Shown here: piece after piece, positions 11,150 to 23,019 of the stretch
Layout of the letters: the number at the start of each line of letters is the position of its first letter
Position numbering within the stretch: the first letter of the stretch is position 1
Source of the DNA: Welwitschia mirabilis
Lineage: Eukaryota
Direction: 5' to 3'
DNA: 45,260 bases
Assembly (NCBI GenBank): GCA_051453625.1
Contig: JBOZIK010000001.1
Coordinates: 27,988,154-28,033,413, forward strand
The notes under the pieces: model-generated
Told to the model about the DNA's origin: nothing
The model's input: the letters and a program-made list of their open reading frames with translations, nothing else
The model's database searches: none
Translations under genes and position numbers: made by a program

Positions 11150-13750
11150 CCCTTTCTAATGTAAGAATAAGATATTATGAAAATGGTTAATCTCCTTCAT
11201 TAGAGTTCTATAATCCATTCTTAGCTAGTTCTCCTCTAAGATTTAAATTGCATCCTATATGCAATCTCTTGGTAATTGAACTATGAGATTATTATAAACC
11301 TTACTTCATATCTTCTTCTTATGATTTTTGTGAATTACTAATTTATCATCAACCTTATACTTTCCTTTTTTTAACTTCTAAAATTTTTTGATACATGTTT
11401 AANNNNNNNNNNNNNNNNNNNNNNNNNNNNNNNNNNNNNNNNNNNNNNNNNNNNNNNNNNNNNNNNNNNNNNNNNNNNNNNNNNNNNNNNNNNNNNNNNN
11501 NNNNNNNNNNNNNNNNNNNNNNNNNNNNNNNNNNNNNNNNNNNNNNNNNNNNNNNNNNNNNNNNNNNNNNNNNNNNNNNNNNNNNNNNNNNNNNNNNNNN
11601 NNNNNNNNNNNNNNNNNNNNNNNNNNNNNNNNNNNNNNNNNNNNNNNNNNNNNNNNNNNNNNNNNNNNNNNNNNNNNNNNNNNNNNNNNNNNNNNNNNNN
11701 NNNNNNNNNNNNNNNNNNNNNNNNNNNNNNNNNNNNNNNNNNNNNNNNNNNNNNNNNNNNNNNNNNNNNNNNNNNNNNNNNNNNNNNNNNNNNNNNNNNN
11801 NNNNNNNNNNNNNNNNNNNNNNNNNNNNNNNNNNNNNNNNNNNNNNNNNNNNNNNNNNNNNNNNNNNNNNNNNNNNNNNNNNNNNNNNNNNNNNNNNNNN
11901 NNNNNNNNNNNNNNNNNNNNNNNNNNNNNNNNNNNNNNNNNNNNNNCCATGTTTAATCCTCTGTAGGTTTTCCATAATACTCTAGTATGTTAGCAACATT
12001 GAACATAGGTGAAATACCCACATCTTTAAAATATTTAATTGGTAACCATTTGATGAAATATTATTTACAATTCTACATGAATTAATCTTCTATAAATTGA
12101 GATTATTATAATTTCCTAATGAAAATATTTCCTTTCATAGGTATTTCATTGGTATTTCATATTTCTCAAACTTCACATGTCTTTTGTACTTATCTATTAC
12201 ATCCTTGGTTTCAAAGTTTGATACTTCTGAATATTTTTATATATACTCTTGTAATTTTATAGTTTTCTTTACATGATCTTCTATCATTGATAAAGGTTCT
12301 AGTAATGTATGCAACATATTCATTATTCTTGAATGATATCCATAAAATACTTCCAATGGATACTTTATCCTCTTATTCAATAAATTATTATAATAACATT
12401 TTTCATGTGGTAGCTAATATTTCCACCTAATTATCTTACCTTCATAAAGACATCTTAGCAAGATCCTAATGTTAAGATATATCACTCTTATGTTTTCATT
12501 AATTTATAAATGATATACTTAAGAATATTACAGCTTAGTATTTATTGCATGTCATAGACTACTTAAAATTAAGTAATCAATTTTATGTCTATATCTAAAA
12601 CTATTATCTTAGGCAGTCCATGAAGATACATATTTTCTCTTAAGAATAATTTAGTAATGTGTAAAGCATTATTTTTCTAAGTACAAGGAGCAAAAGATGC
12701 CATCTTTCTCAATCCACACATCATCACCATAATAAAAACATGTTCATTCTTATAATGACATAATATTAAGATGAAATTCATAATAAGGTCATATTATGAC
12801 TATGATAGAACTACTAATGGGTATTAGAATCCTACATTTACCATTCCTCGCTTTTTTCTTTGACATGAAGAGTATCTTTTACATCCTTTGCTATACTTTT
12901 ATACATCTTAGTCTAATGCTATGATTTCTATAATAGTTCATTAATTTTATTTAAATCATGATGTTTAAACATGTATCCATAATGTTTTTTCTTTCATTGA
13001 TTGTTAAAGATATCTTCATACAACCCATTTATACAACCATTTTTACAACTCATGAATGTGCTTAAAGCATTAATATCTTTGAATAGCGTCATCTACCATT
13101 TATACAATCCATCTTAATCATTAAATATATATTACATTCATCTTTTTATTAGATATGGATCTCATGGTATTTACTCTTCAATTCTATCTTACTAAAAATA
13201 AATGAACCTATACAACAATCTTAAATATTATTCATATGAGACATAGAAAAGATGTATCTTATGATTATCATATTCATGGCTCTTAAATTAACATCCATGC
13301 ATAACTGTTTATTATTCTTAATAAACTTTCTTAAATTAAAAAATTCTCTATAAGCTTCTATACTTATCAAAATTTTGTCTCTTTTACATGATGTCATTTT
13401 TATGGTGCTTTGTTTAGGAATAAAATAGTAGAAAATAGATCTATGTGATTCTTTATTCTCCTAGTAGATGAATAAGACAAAAAGCAAATAATCAATTAAA
13501 ATATTTATAAAATATCTCAATACATCTTTTTCTTTCATTAGATGATCTCCCAACTACTAATATAAAGGCACCTTCAACACCATTACCATTTCATAGCCTT
13601 GTTCTCTTATTTTATTTATTACCTCATTTCTTCTCAAGAAAAATACATGTATCTTATATCTTATAACCTTTTTTAGATCTTGTAATAACTTAAATGTTAT
13701 TTCATTATTATTTATTATAATATAAATATTTATCGTCCTCATATGTATGC
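11150..13750 (-). pseudogene. pol: Ty3/gypsy chromovirus pol remnant (RNase H-integrase-chromodomain-like tail), CRM-like; N gap 11403-11946
   Basis: Integrase core RKMASFAPC...ALHITKLFLRENMYLHGLPKIIVLDIDIK (~12580-12710; cf. SKMAHFIPC...[21 protein letters not shown]). C-terminal part SLGNYNNL...KINSCRIV...NGYQL...VGISPMFNVANI (~11985-12130). Degenerate chromodomain-like tail at ~11200-11350. Followed by purine-rich agaaaggg and TGATG at 11149. Confidence 0.75.
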
Positions 13751-13764
13751 ACTTGATATTATAT

Positions 13765-14962
13765 TATTGTGATGTGTTTTTATGCAACCATTAAGTCCTT
13801 AAGGGAATCCTACCAATCACAAATGCTTGTACAAAACACATGTTAGTATAGATAAGAGTTAACCCAAATGTTGTAATTCATTGAAGGCACTAAGACGAGA
13901 AGTTAGAGAATTGATTTTGACAAAGTAGAACAAGGCATAAATAGAATGCAAGACAAGTGAAAATGCAATGCTTATATATGAGATGCAAATGAAACTTCCT
14001 TAAGTAATAGATATATTTGACTATTAACCTCCATCATCAAGAATAACCCTTATAACCTAAATTAATTTTAAAATGCTATTACTAAGTCCTAACTAATGTA
14101 GGTAATAAGCCACATCGAATAGAATATAATAGAATGCAACTATTCTAGTTATGAAAATGCAATAAGAAATAAAATGCAAATACTAAAATAACAACATATA
14201 CATTAACAAAGATTACCTTCATGATCTAGATTAATTATGAATCTATCAAAGAATTATAACCAACATAGACCATAAGGGAGATGTACATAATAAAAATAAA
14301 GTAAAACCGTTATTAATCTCTAATAAAAAATCCACTTACAAAGTAGCAGATCCATAATGGAGGATACGTGACCTAACAATAAGGAAGACTTCTCTCTATA
14401 ACTATGGATGTATCTCCTACTCTTCAATCTTTTATAACAAGATTGTTAAGTAAAAAACATAGTTAAATTTATGGAAAAGGAGATATTTAATTTGTTTACA
14501 TAGAGGATTCTAAAATAAAACCCTAATTGGCTAAACCCTAGTAATGCATAAGGGCTGCATGACATATTACCAAGTTGAATGAAGTTATATGCATTAATTA
14601 CATAAATTAAACTATCATCTTAACTATTATCTAGATGACTATGGAGATGATGCCATATTAGAAAGAATCCTATATCAGCTTCCAACTTACTATAGTTAGA
14701 ATCTTTATTATCTTTCATGTTCTATCATCCAATTTTATCATTGGAACAACTAAGGGTATGTTGATATTTTTAGTTCTTTCATTAAGTTAAATGAACCTCT
14801 TTAATTGTTAAATTCTTTTTTAGAATGCTAAGTATTCAAAGTTGCCTTAAATGCCTTCGAAAATATCAAAGACTATACATTTATGTGATCATCACATTGA
14901 ATCTTCATTATTGTTGAAACTTAACTTAAAACTATATAAATGTCCTATAAAAGTACTTAAAT
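13765..14962 (-). mobile_element. Athila-like 3' LTR (element D)
   Basis: Colinear with 25849-27050 (cattgaaggcact...agagaatt; ccacttacaa...agtagca) and reverse-complement homologous to 1-464 and 34852-35916. A degenerate PPT region (tcctacttagcc) follows at ~14970. Confidence 0.85.
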
Positions 14963-16515
14963 TATTCTACTCCTACTTAGCCTTGTCAGTCCCAGAGAAA
15001 GTAAGAAAACAACTACAAATTACAACCCAAATTAACTAACATTTTCATTAACTAGGGAAATGTAAATTTAGTTCAAAAATATTATCATGTAGGATAAAAT
15101 ATCAAAATATGATAAACTAGATGTATTACCTTGGTAGAGTGTGCAACTATACTATTTCCCTAGTTGTTATTCTGACAATGAGGGAACTATAGGCTTAAAA
15201 AATGAAACTACAAAAATTAATTACCTATTAACTATGATAATTAGAAAATAGTATCATAGTTCATAAAAACTATGTTAGACCCCCACTTAAAACTTTAAAC
15301 ACATCAAAAAAGTAAAAAAAAAATTAAAACTGTAATAAATAAAATAAATGATGTGCATGTTTAATGAAGGATAATAACTTAAAATTTGCCATGCATAAAT
15401 TAATTTTTAAGTTTTAAATACAATCCATGAAAGGATAAATACATCCACAATAATACATCAAATTACTCCCTTTGTGATGCTATATTAAATTCAACTTGGG
15501 TGGCCATAAGTGAAAGGAAGAAGAAGGAGGATGCTCTTCCTTAACTAGAAGGTGCATATTAAGAGCCTACTATTTAGTGTATTATCCTACTAAATAATAC
15601 TCATAATGCATATTACATAAATAATATGAAACCATAATCAGATCAGTACGTCATTTATGTATGTGAAAGATCAAAATGACCTCCATAATATGCATTAACA
15701 TAAGAAGAATAAATAAGAAATACATTTTTAAGTATCATCCAGATGATGATGTAGATGATAGGCCTTTTTTAAAATAATTAGAAAAATTAAAACTAGAGCA
15801 AAGTGAATTAGAATATGATAGCAACAGTAAAATCTTATAAAGTAATAATCAAGTCCAAAAGATGGGGTAAAGCTAAGAATCATCATAAAACATGGAAAAC
15901 AAGGATAACTCGAGGTTAAGAAAGAGGGTTAGGATAGAGCAGTGATAATTCACTAAGAAGAAAGTGGTAATGCTAAGGAAAATTATCAAATGTGAAAAAA
16001 ATAAAAATGATTCAAGGATAGTAAGTGAATGTGTTGAAACTCAAAATGATGCTAAAATAACGTATGAGTAAAAACGAAAATTAACAAGACAACTACTAAA
16101 ATAACATCATCTATCTAAATGCTAAAATAATGTAAATCCTATAGAAGGAAAAACTATGAATGAAAAAGAAAATAATAAGAAAGCCACTAAATGATTAAGT
16201 CCTACATATTATAATGAAAAAGTAGAAAAATGACTTTGAAATAATAAGTAAAATGCCTAAGGAAAATAAACTAAAAACAAATAACTAGGAACATGAAGAA
16301 GATTGTGTATGTTAATTGTAGTAAAATATTTAGATTCAAACTAAATTAAACACTTAATATTATTCTTCCAGTGGGACATATGAGGTAAATTAATCAAAAC
16401 ATATAAGACTATTCTACTTGTGATAAAAACTCAAATAAAAGAAAATCAAAAGTTAAGATAAATAAAGTGATCTTTAATTAATAATGGAAGGGAATAAAAA
16501 TGCTCTAATGATTCA
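14963..16515 (-). mobile_element. Athila-like 3' non-coding internal region (element D)
   Basis: Blocks match 27085-27260, 43630-43720 and 31440-31880 (actaaatgattaagt..cta; aaatgc.tctaatga). It contains a short match (gaagaaggaggatgctc, ~15520) to the end of the accessory ORF at ~29120. Confidence 0.7.
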
Positions 16516-16599
16516 ATAATTTATTCATCTCTTATCCTTTGCTCCAATGATTCTTGTATCTAAAACATGTACTAAATTATCAAGTCACTAAGGCTCATC

Positions 16600-18020
16600 A
16601 TGGAGGCAAAATATCATCTACTACATGAGTGTTGGTAAGTTATCAAGTCCTCTTACTACTTCATAGCCCTTTATAAGTATGAAAAGTATGACCTAAAGTG
16701 AACAAGATCTATTAAATAATAAGTACTAAATTAAAAAAAAGTAGCTTTAGATAACTCACACATTTGAAATAACTTGAGAATCAAGTAAGCTTTATTAAAG
16801 ATTGCTAATAGCTTTTTATTATGCATTAATAATAAAAGAATAAAACCTAGTTTAAGAACTAGTTTTACATAAACATTACTAATACTAATTAAAATTGTGC
16901 CTTTTTTTTGAATGAAATTGTAAGATTTTATTGCTCTAGGAAAAAAAGGTCAAACTCTTACATAATTACTAGACTTAGAACTAATTGAGGCTAAGAGATC
17001 AATGAGATCTCTCTAATGAAGCCTTAAATACTCAGGAAGAAGATTGTAAAAAGAAAACAAAGTAACATATGAATGGAAACATTCTGCAAGAGAGTAGATT
17101 ATAGACAAGGTAGGAAGAAATAATAAAATAATTATATGATTGGTAGAATTCAGTTTTAGATTTTAGTCTATGTTGTATTGATGATTCTAGGCTTCATAAT
17201 AGAGTAACCACTCTTAGTTAAGATCTAACATCTATATTACTTCCAAATTCACTATCAGATAGTGAGATTAAGAGAATTTCTCTGAAGAAACCTTGAATTT
17301 ACAAAGGGGAAATATGAAAATTAGATTATTAGGTGAATTGATAAATTATGCATTAATAATAAAAGAATCCAAACTAATTCTTTATTAAAACTGAAAGAAA
17401 TACATTACATCAATGAAGGAGGAGAAGAAATAAAACTCCTCAACTAGCCTTGAGCATTTTCCCCCTAAGAAAAAGTACTAGAACATTATGGCATTCAAGC
17501 CTTTAAGTTTTTCCCAATTTGCTAATAAAAAGATGAATAAATAAAGGGTTTAAGGCCCTTTTATAGAAATAGATAGGAATAAGAATTGATTACAAGTTCT
17601 TGGATTGTAGTGTTATGTAGAATCTTCATCATTTAGTTTTAGGTAGAAGATTATCTCTTGAAGCATATAATTGAGGGTGTATTATAATGTTAGGTAGATA
17701 AGATTCTGTCCTCTAGAATTGTATAGAATTTTCCATCATTTAACATTTGATGAAGATTGTCTTATAGCTTTTGGTAAAGATTGTCATGTAGTATTTCATG
17801 AAATCTTCATCATAATAAGTCTAGCATGTGGTCTTTGAAATCAGAATCCTTTACCAACTATTGCTATTACCAGATGTCTCCAATGCCACCTTCACATACC
17901 TTTGCCACATGTTTTTTGATGTTACTACTAATTTTTCCACTCATTTCTCTATTACCTTTATTGTTTTATGTCCAATTATGTCCATCTTCCATCATGTTTT
18001 TCAAAACATGGCTAAAGACC
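16600..18020. mobile_element. Unassigned degenerate repeat, possibly LTR/5' region of another retrotransposon
   Basis: A 24-bp exact direct repeat at 16818 and 17345, plus repeated and inverted aatcttcatca/tgatgaagatt motifs at 17621-17812. No recognisable protein motif. Confidence 0.3.
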
Positions 18021-18189
18021 TATAATTATTATAGAGAAAAAACATAATAATGATTTTTATTTAAAAATAATAGAATACATTATTTTATAATGAATCAATA
18101 AATTAATTGTCTTTTATTATGCTAAACTGATTAGTTATACTTACTTAAAATGTCAATTTCTGTGGTTAATTTTCATAATAACTACAAAT

Positions 18190-18985
18190 CAATTTAACAC
18201 CCAAGTTAAATATGAGTACTACATTTCATTCTTAAACAAATAATCACATAGAAAGAGTTAATTAAATTTTATAAGATATTCTTAAAGCATGTATTCTAGA
18301 TGATCCTAAGAGTTTGAAGAGGACCTATCATTGGTAGACTTTAAATATAGTAATAATTATCAAAGTTCAATTCAAATGGCTTCATTTGAAACCTTATATG
18401 GTAAGAAGTATAAATCACCTACTTCATAGGTAGAACCTAAATAAAGATTAATGACAAGACTAAAAATATTATAAGAAATGGAAAGTAAAATAAGAATCAT
18501 TAAAAATAGACTTAAAGAAGTAGCAGACAGATAAAGATGTATGCATACTATCGAAGAAGAGATCTTGAGTTTAAAATAGGTTATCATGTACTTCTTAAAG
18601 TGTCATCAATGAGATCAATAAATATAATAGTTAAAAAATCAAAATTAGCTCCTTGATTTAAATCATTTGAAGTATTATAAAGAGTTGAACTTGTATACAA
18701 GCTTGTTTTACCCCCTTGATTATTTCACATGCATAATGTTTTCAATGTAAGTATGCTAAAGACGTATATTGTAGATCCTTCTCATATGTCAAATTTGTTT
18801 CATATTTATGCGAAACCAAATTATTCAACTATAGAAAATCATAAAGTAATGCTAGACTAACAAACTATTAATTTATGAAATAGGGAGATATATCAAGTAA
18901 AGATAAAGTGGAGTAATCATGATTTCGATGAAGATACTTGGAAGCTGAGGAAATATTAAAAAATAAATCCAAAATATTTTTGAAT
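18190..18985 (+). pseudogene. pol: Ty3/gypsy Tekay/Del chromovirus integrase C-half plus chromodomain remnant
   Basis: LNMSTTFHS*TNNHIERVN*IL*DILKACILD...YSNNYQSSIQMASFETLYGKKYKSP...YKLVLPP*LFHMHNVFNVSMLKTYIVDPSH...YQVKIKWSNHDFDEDTW, matching Tekay motifs STAFHPQTDGQSER, HNVFHVSMLRKY.PDPSH and VKV.W.NH..EEATW. Confidence 0.9.
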
Positions 18986-19931
18986 CTCAAAATATGTAGT
19001 TAGATGATCTCAATATTTTCATGTATTTTAATTATCATGAATAAATCAGTCTAAGTAAGAATAATATCATATTCTATATTTTGTAAATCTTTTTTACTTG
19101 AATATTAAGTATATTAACATTTTAGTCAAACAATTAACTATTTTTGTTTAAATTTCTTATCAAAATAAGATGTCATTTTAAATTAACCTTAATTTGTAAT
19201 CTTTATAATTTACCATGAAAATAATAAAAATTATTTTAAAAGGTTTTTTATAAACAAATGTATATAAATAGTTAAAATTAGATAACTTCATTATGCAAGG
19301 AATTAAAAATGCATGATAAAACTAATAAATTAGAAATTTTAAGATGATATAATGATGTATTTTTCATCTTATTTACTCATTCATATTCTTGGTAAATATG
19401 ATAAGTATACTATATTATGAATAAATATTTTCTTCCTTGTGTTATGTGCTTAATATATTTTATGCATTTCTGAATAAATGAGAATTTGAATAACTATGTG
19501 CACTCTTACATAAAATCAAGAATGATAAATGAGTATATTTACTCTAATGTAACTTTTATGTTCTTGAGATGTGTAAGGGAACTTAGTTCATAGCATATGC
19601 ATTGCTTTATTCATTAAAATTAAAGAGTTTATCTCATTGAGCCACATCATAATTTTGGAATTTATGCAATTATTCTTTTAATAAATGTCTTGAATGAATG
19701 AAACTTACTTATAATGCTATGAAGGATTAAAAATGAGCTAGTGTGAGGAAATAATGCATGTAATTAACCTTACTAATTAGAGCAAGACCATTACTCATTC
19801 TAATTAGGTACATGAATGATAAATATAATATCTTTTTATAATTCAATGTTACTTATTACTCATATCACTTATTAATACCAAATCATGTGATCTTATGATC
19901 TTATGATATGTGCCTTTGTTTATCTATATTT

Positions 19932-19978
19932 CTTCCTTTTCTTCTTCTTCTTCTTCTTTCTCTCTCTCTCACTCTCTT

Positions 19979-20033
<55 letters not shown>

Positions 20034-20044
20034 CTTTCTCTCTC
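19932..20044 (+). repeat. Compound microsatellite (TTC)n(TC)n(TA)n(CA)20(TA)n(TC)n
   Basis: Directly visible; the CA run spans 19987-20026. Confidence 0.97.
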
Positions 20045-23019
20045 TTGTTTTTTCATTCTCTTGCTTGTGGAGCTTAGAGCTTAGAAGATTAAAGCTAAAT
20101 AACTCTTGAGGTTGGATTTTCATCAATCTTCAACTATCAAGGTCTTATTAATTTTTCCAAGTAAGCTCTTTACTTTTGTTATTCAAATTATCTCTTTTAT
20201 CTATCTGAATGATGTGATATTGCATTAGGAATTATTTATGACTTTTATACAATTAGGTTATAAAATCTTGTTTCCATTCATTGTCTCTCACCAAGATGCT
20301 AGAGTGAGATATGAGGGGTCTCTTGTATTTGATGATGAAGGATTACTAATAGATGATTGTATCCAAATAACCAAGGGATTTACAAAAAAAAATAAAAAAA
20401 TAAAAAAGGGGTAAAAATAAGATTAGGTAATCATGTTTATTTTAATATTATTTTTTTATGTATTATGCATTAGGACAATCTTATTAGGGAAAAAGTCTAA
20501 TCTTCAAAAATCTCTTTAAGATAGTATTTTTACATAGTAATCCTAAGGCTTATAGTAAATGGTTGTTTTTGAATTCATTTGATTTTTCTTTCTATAATTA
20601 TTTGAATTAGTAACTTAGCTAAGATGTTCTATAGGTAATTAGTTAGTATACCCATTATTTTACTGATCTAAGTTATTGCTTGGGTAGTTGTAGAAACTTT
20701 ATAATATCTTTGTTATAGCAAAAATTAAATTTCTAGAATAGAGGCATTGGATAAAAACCCCTTATCTTATCAAGTATAAATTAGTAAATGTTTGTTTGTA
20801 AGTCTAGGACTATATTGTGAACATGAAAATCTAAAAATAGTAATTTTTCTAATCTATAATTATTTTTAAAAAATTATTTTTAAAAATACATTAGAATATA
20901 AATATAGTAAATAGTAAGCAAGTAAATTATGTTTATATACCTATCTATTAAAATATATGTAAACATGATCATCCTCAGTTATACAAAATTAAATAATACT
21001 TCAAAAAACTTTTGAATAATTTAAAAACTCAAAGTATTTTAAAAGTTATGGTCATTTTAGTATAGTGTAATAGGATTGTAATTTTAGAAATTTTGATAGA
21101 TTTTGACCTTAAATGATAATCTTAAAAATAATATTTTTATAATTCCAAGATAGTTTAAGTTATATGTTGAGAATTGTATTATTGTCTAGTTTCTAAAAAA
21201 CTACTATAATTTATTTTTTGCTACATAATTAATTAATTATTGATTTTAACTATGATGTCNNNNNNNNNNNNNNNNNNNNNNNNNNNNNNNNNNNNNNNNN
21301 NNNNNNNNNNNNNNNNNNNNNNNNNNNNNNNNNNNNNNNNNNNNNNNNNNNNNNNNNNNNNNNNNNNNNNNNNNNNNNNNNNNNNNNNNNNNNNNNNNNN
21401 NNNNNNNNNNNNNNNNNNNNNNNNNNNNNNNNNNNNNNNNNNNNNNNNNNNNNNNNNNNNNNNNNNNNNNNNNNNNNNNNNNNNNNNNNNNNNNNNNNNN
21501 NNNNNNNNNNNNNNNNNNNNNNNNNNNNNNNNNNNNNNNNNNNNNNNNNNNNNNNNNNNNNNNNNNNNNNNNNNNNNNNNNNNNNNNNNNNNNNNNNNNN
21601 NNNNNNNNNNNNNNNNNNNNNNNNNNNNNNNNNNNNNNNNNNNNNNNNNNNNNNNNNNNNNNNNNNNNNNNNNNNNNNNNNNNNNNNNNNNNNNNNNNNN
21701 NNNNNNNNNNNNNNNNNNNNNNNNNNNNNNNNNNNNNNNNNNNNNNNNNNNNNNNTATAGGGAACTTAAATATATAAAATATGTTTCTATTAGTAAAGTT
21801 AAGTTAAATTAACTATCAATAGTATTTATTTGTAGAAATACCTTTTTTCCTGCTTTTTCTTTATCTTATTTTAAATGTGTATGCTTATAAGAGGTTTTCA
21901 CCATAGTAGTTTAAGTAACATAATCAGTTTGTATCTTATCATTTTTTAATTAACTTATAATTTACTTATATAAATCTTGAATAAAGGTTTATATCTTAAT
22001 AATTATGTTTGAGCTATACTTTCTTTATTTATCTTCTTTGTACGAATACATGAAGATTACTATATGAGCATGAATAATGTTTCTAGGATCTACATACCTA
22101 CAAGTATGTTTTAGTTCCTTTAAGAAGAGTATTAAGATGTTATTTGATATATTTTAAATATCTTTTATTATTAAAAGAAAAATAAAAGAATATTTTCTTT
22201 ATCTAGATTTTTATTATTATAATCTTGAATATAGAAATGTTCATGCATGTTTTCCTTTCTTTTTATGTTATTACTATAAAATGAACTGAATGATAATTAG
22301 AATTATTATAAGTAAGTAAATAATCCATTACATATCCATATTAGTTAGAATTAGTTTCATGTATTTGTATGGTATATTCATTAAATAGAACTAAATCAAG
22401 ATAATTATAGTAATATTCATCGCCATACTTGGATTTCATTACCAAGGTGAATTGCATTGTATTTTTTTTATAATATCATATTTTAAGTGGATTTAATCAT
22501 CACTATCTTATCCTACCATCTCTGAAATTATTCCAACTTAATATCTCAAGTCGTTGGTATTGATGAATCATGTTACACCATTTAGAGATGCTTCAAGAAA
22601 GCAAGGGGATCATTTGTAAGCATGCATCTACCTCACATACTTCTTGTTACCTATGCTGAGGGTATATCAAAGTGTAGTGAAAGCCTATGAATTTGAGTCC
22701 AACTATGTTTGTATAATTTAAAACCTAAAGTAGAACCAATTTACATTTGGAGAATGGCTGGTATTGACTTGGAATAAGATTAATAGGAGTTGTAACCTTC
22801 TATTATATTGGTTAGGTATTATCCATAAAATGTATCAATGTATGTTGACAATAATATTACACCTCCTTAATTATTTACAAGATATCTTTTATGTAAAACA
22901 AAACTACGAAGAAATAGAAGAAACAAATTTATGACATCATCATTATTTATAAACAAAAAGAATCTAGAAATTAATTATAGGTAAATATATAATATTAATG
23001 TGATTTATCTTTTTTAGAA

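Noticed and set aside
19903..20126. ORFs with HTHTHT / CVCVCV repeats
   Set aside because: These are translations of the compound microsatellite.
19000..22900. Probable long Tekay LTR downstream of the chromodomain
   Set aside because: The position is suggestive, but I could not find a PPT, TG...CA termini or a partner LTR, so it is left uncalled.
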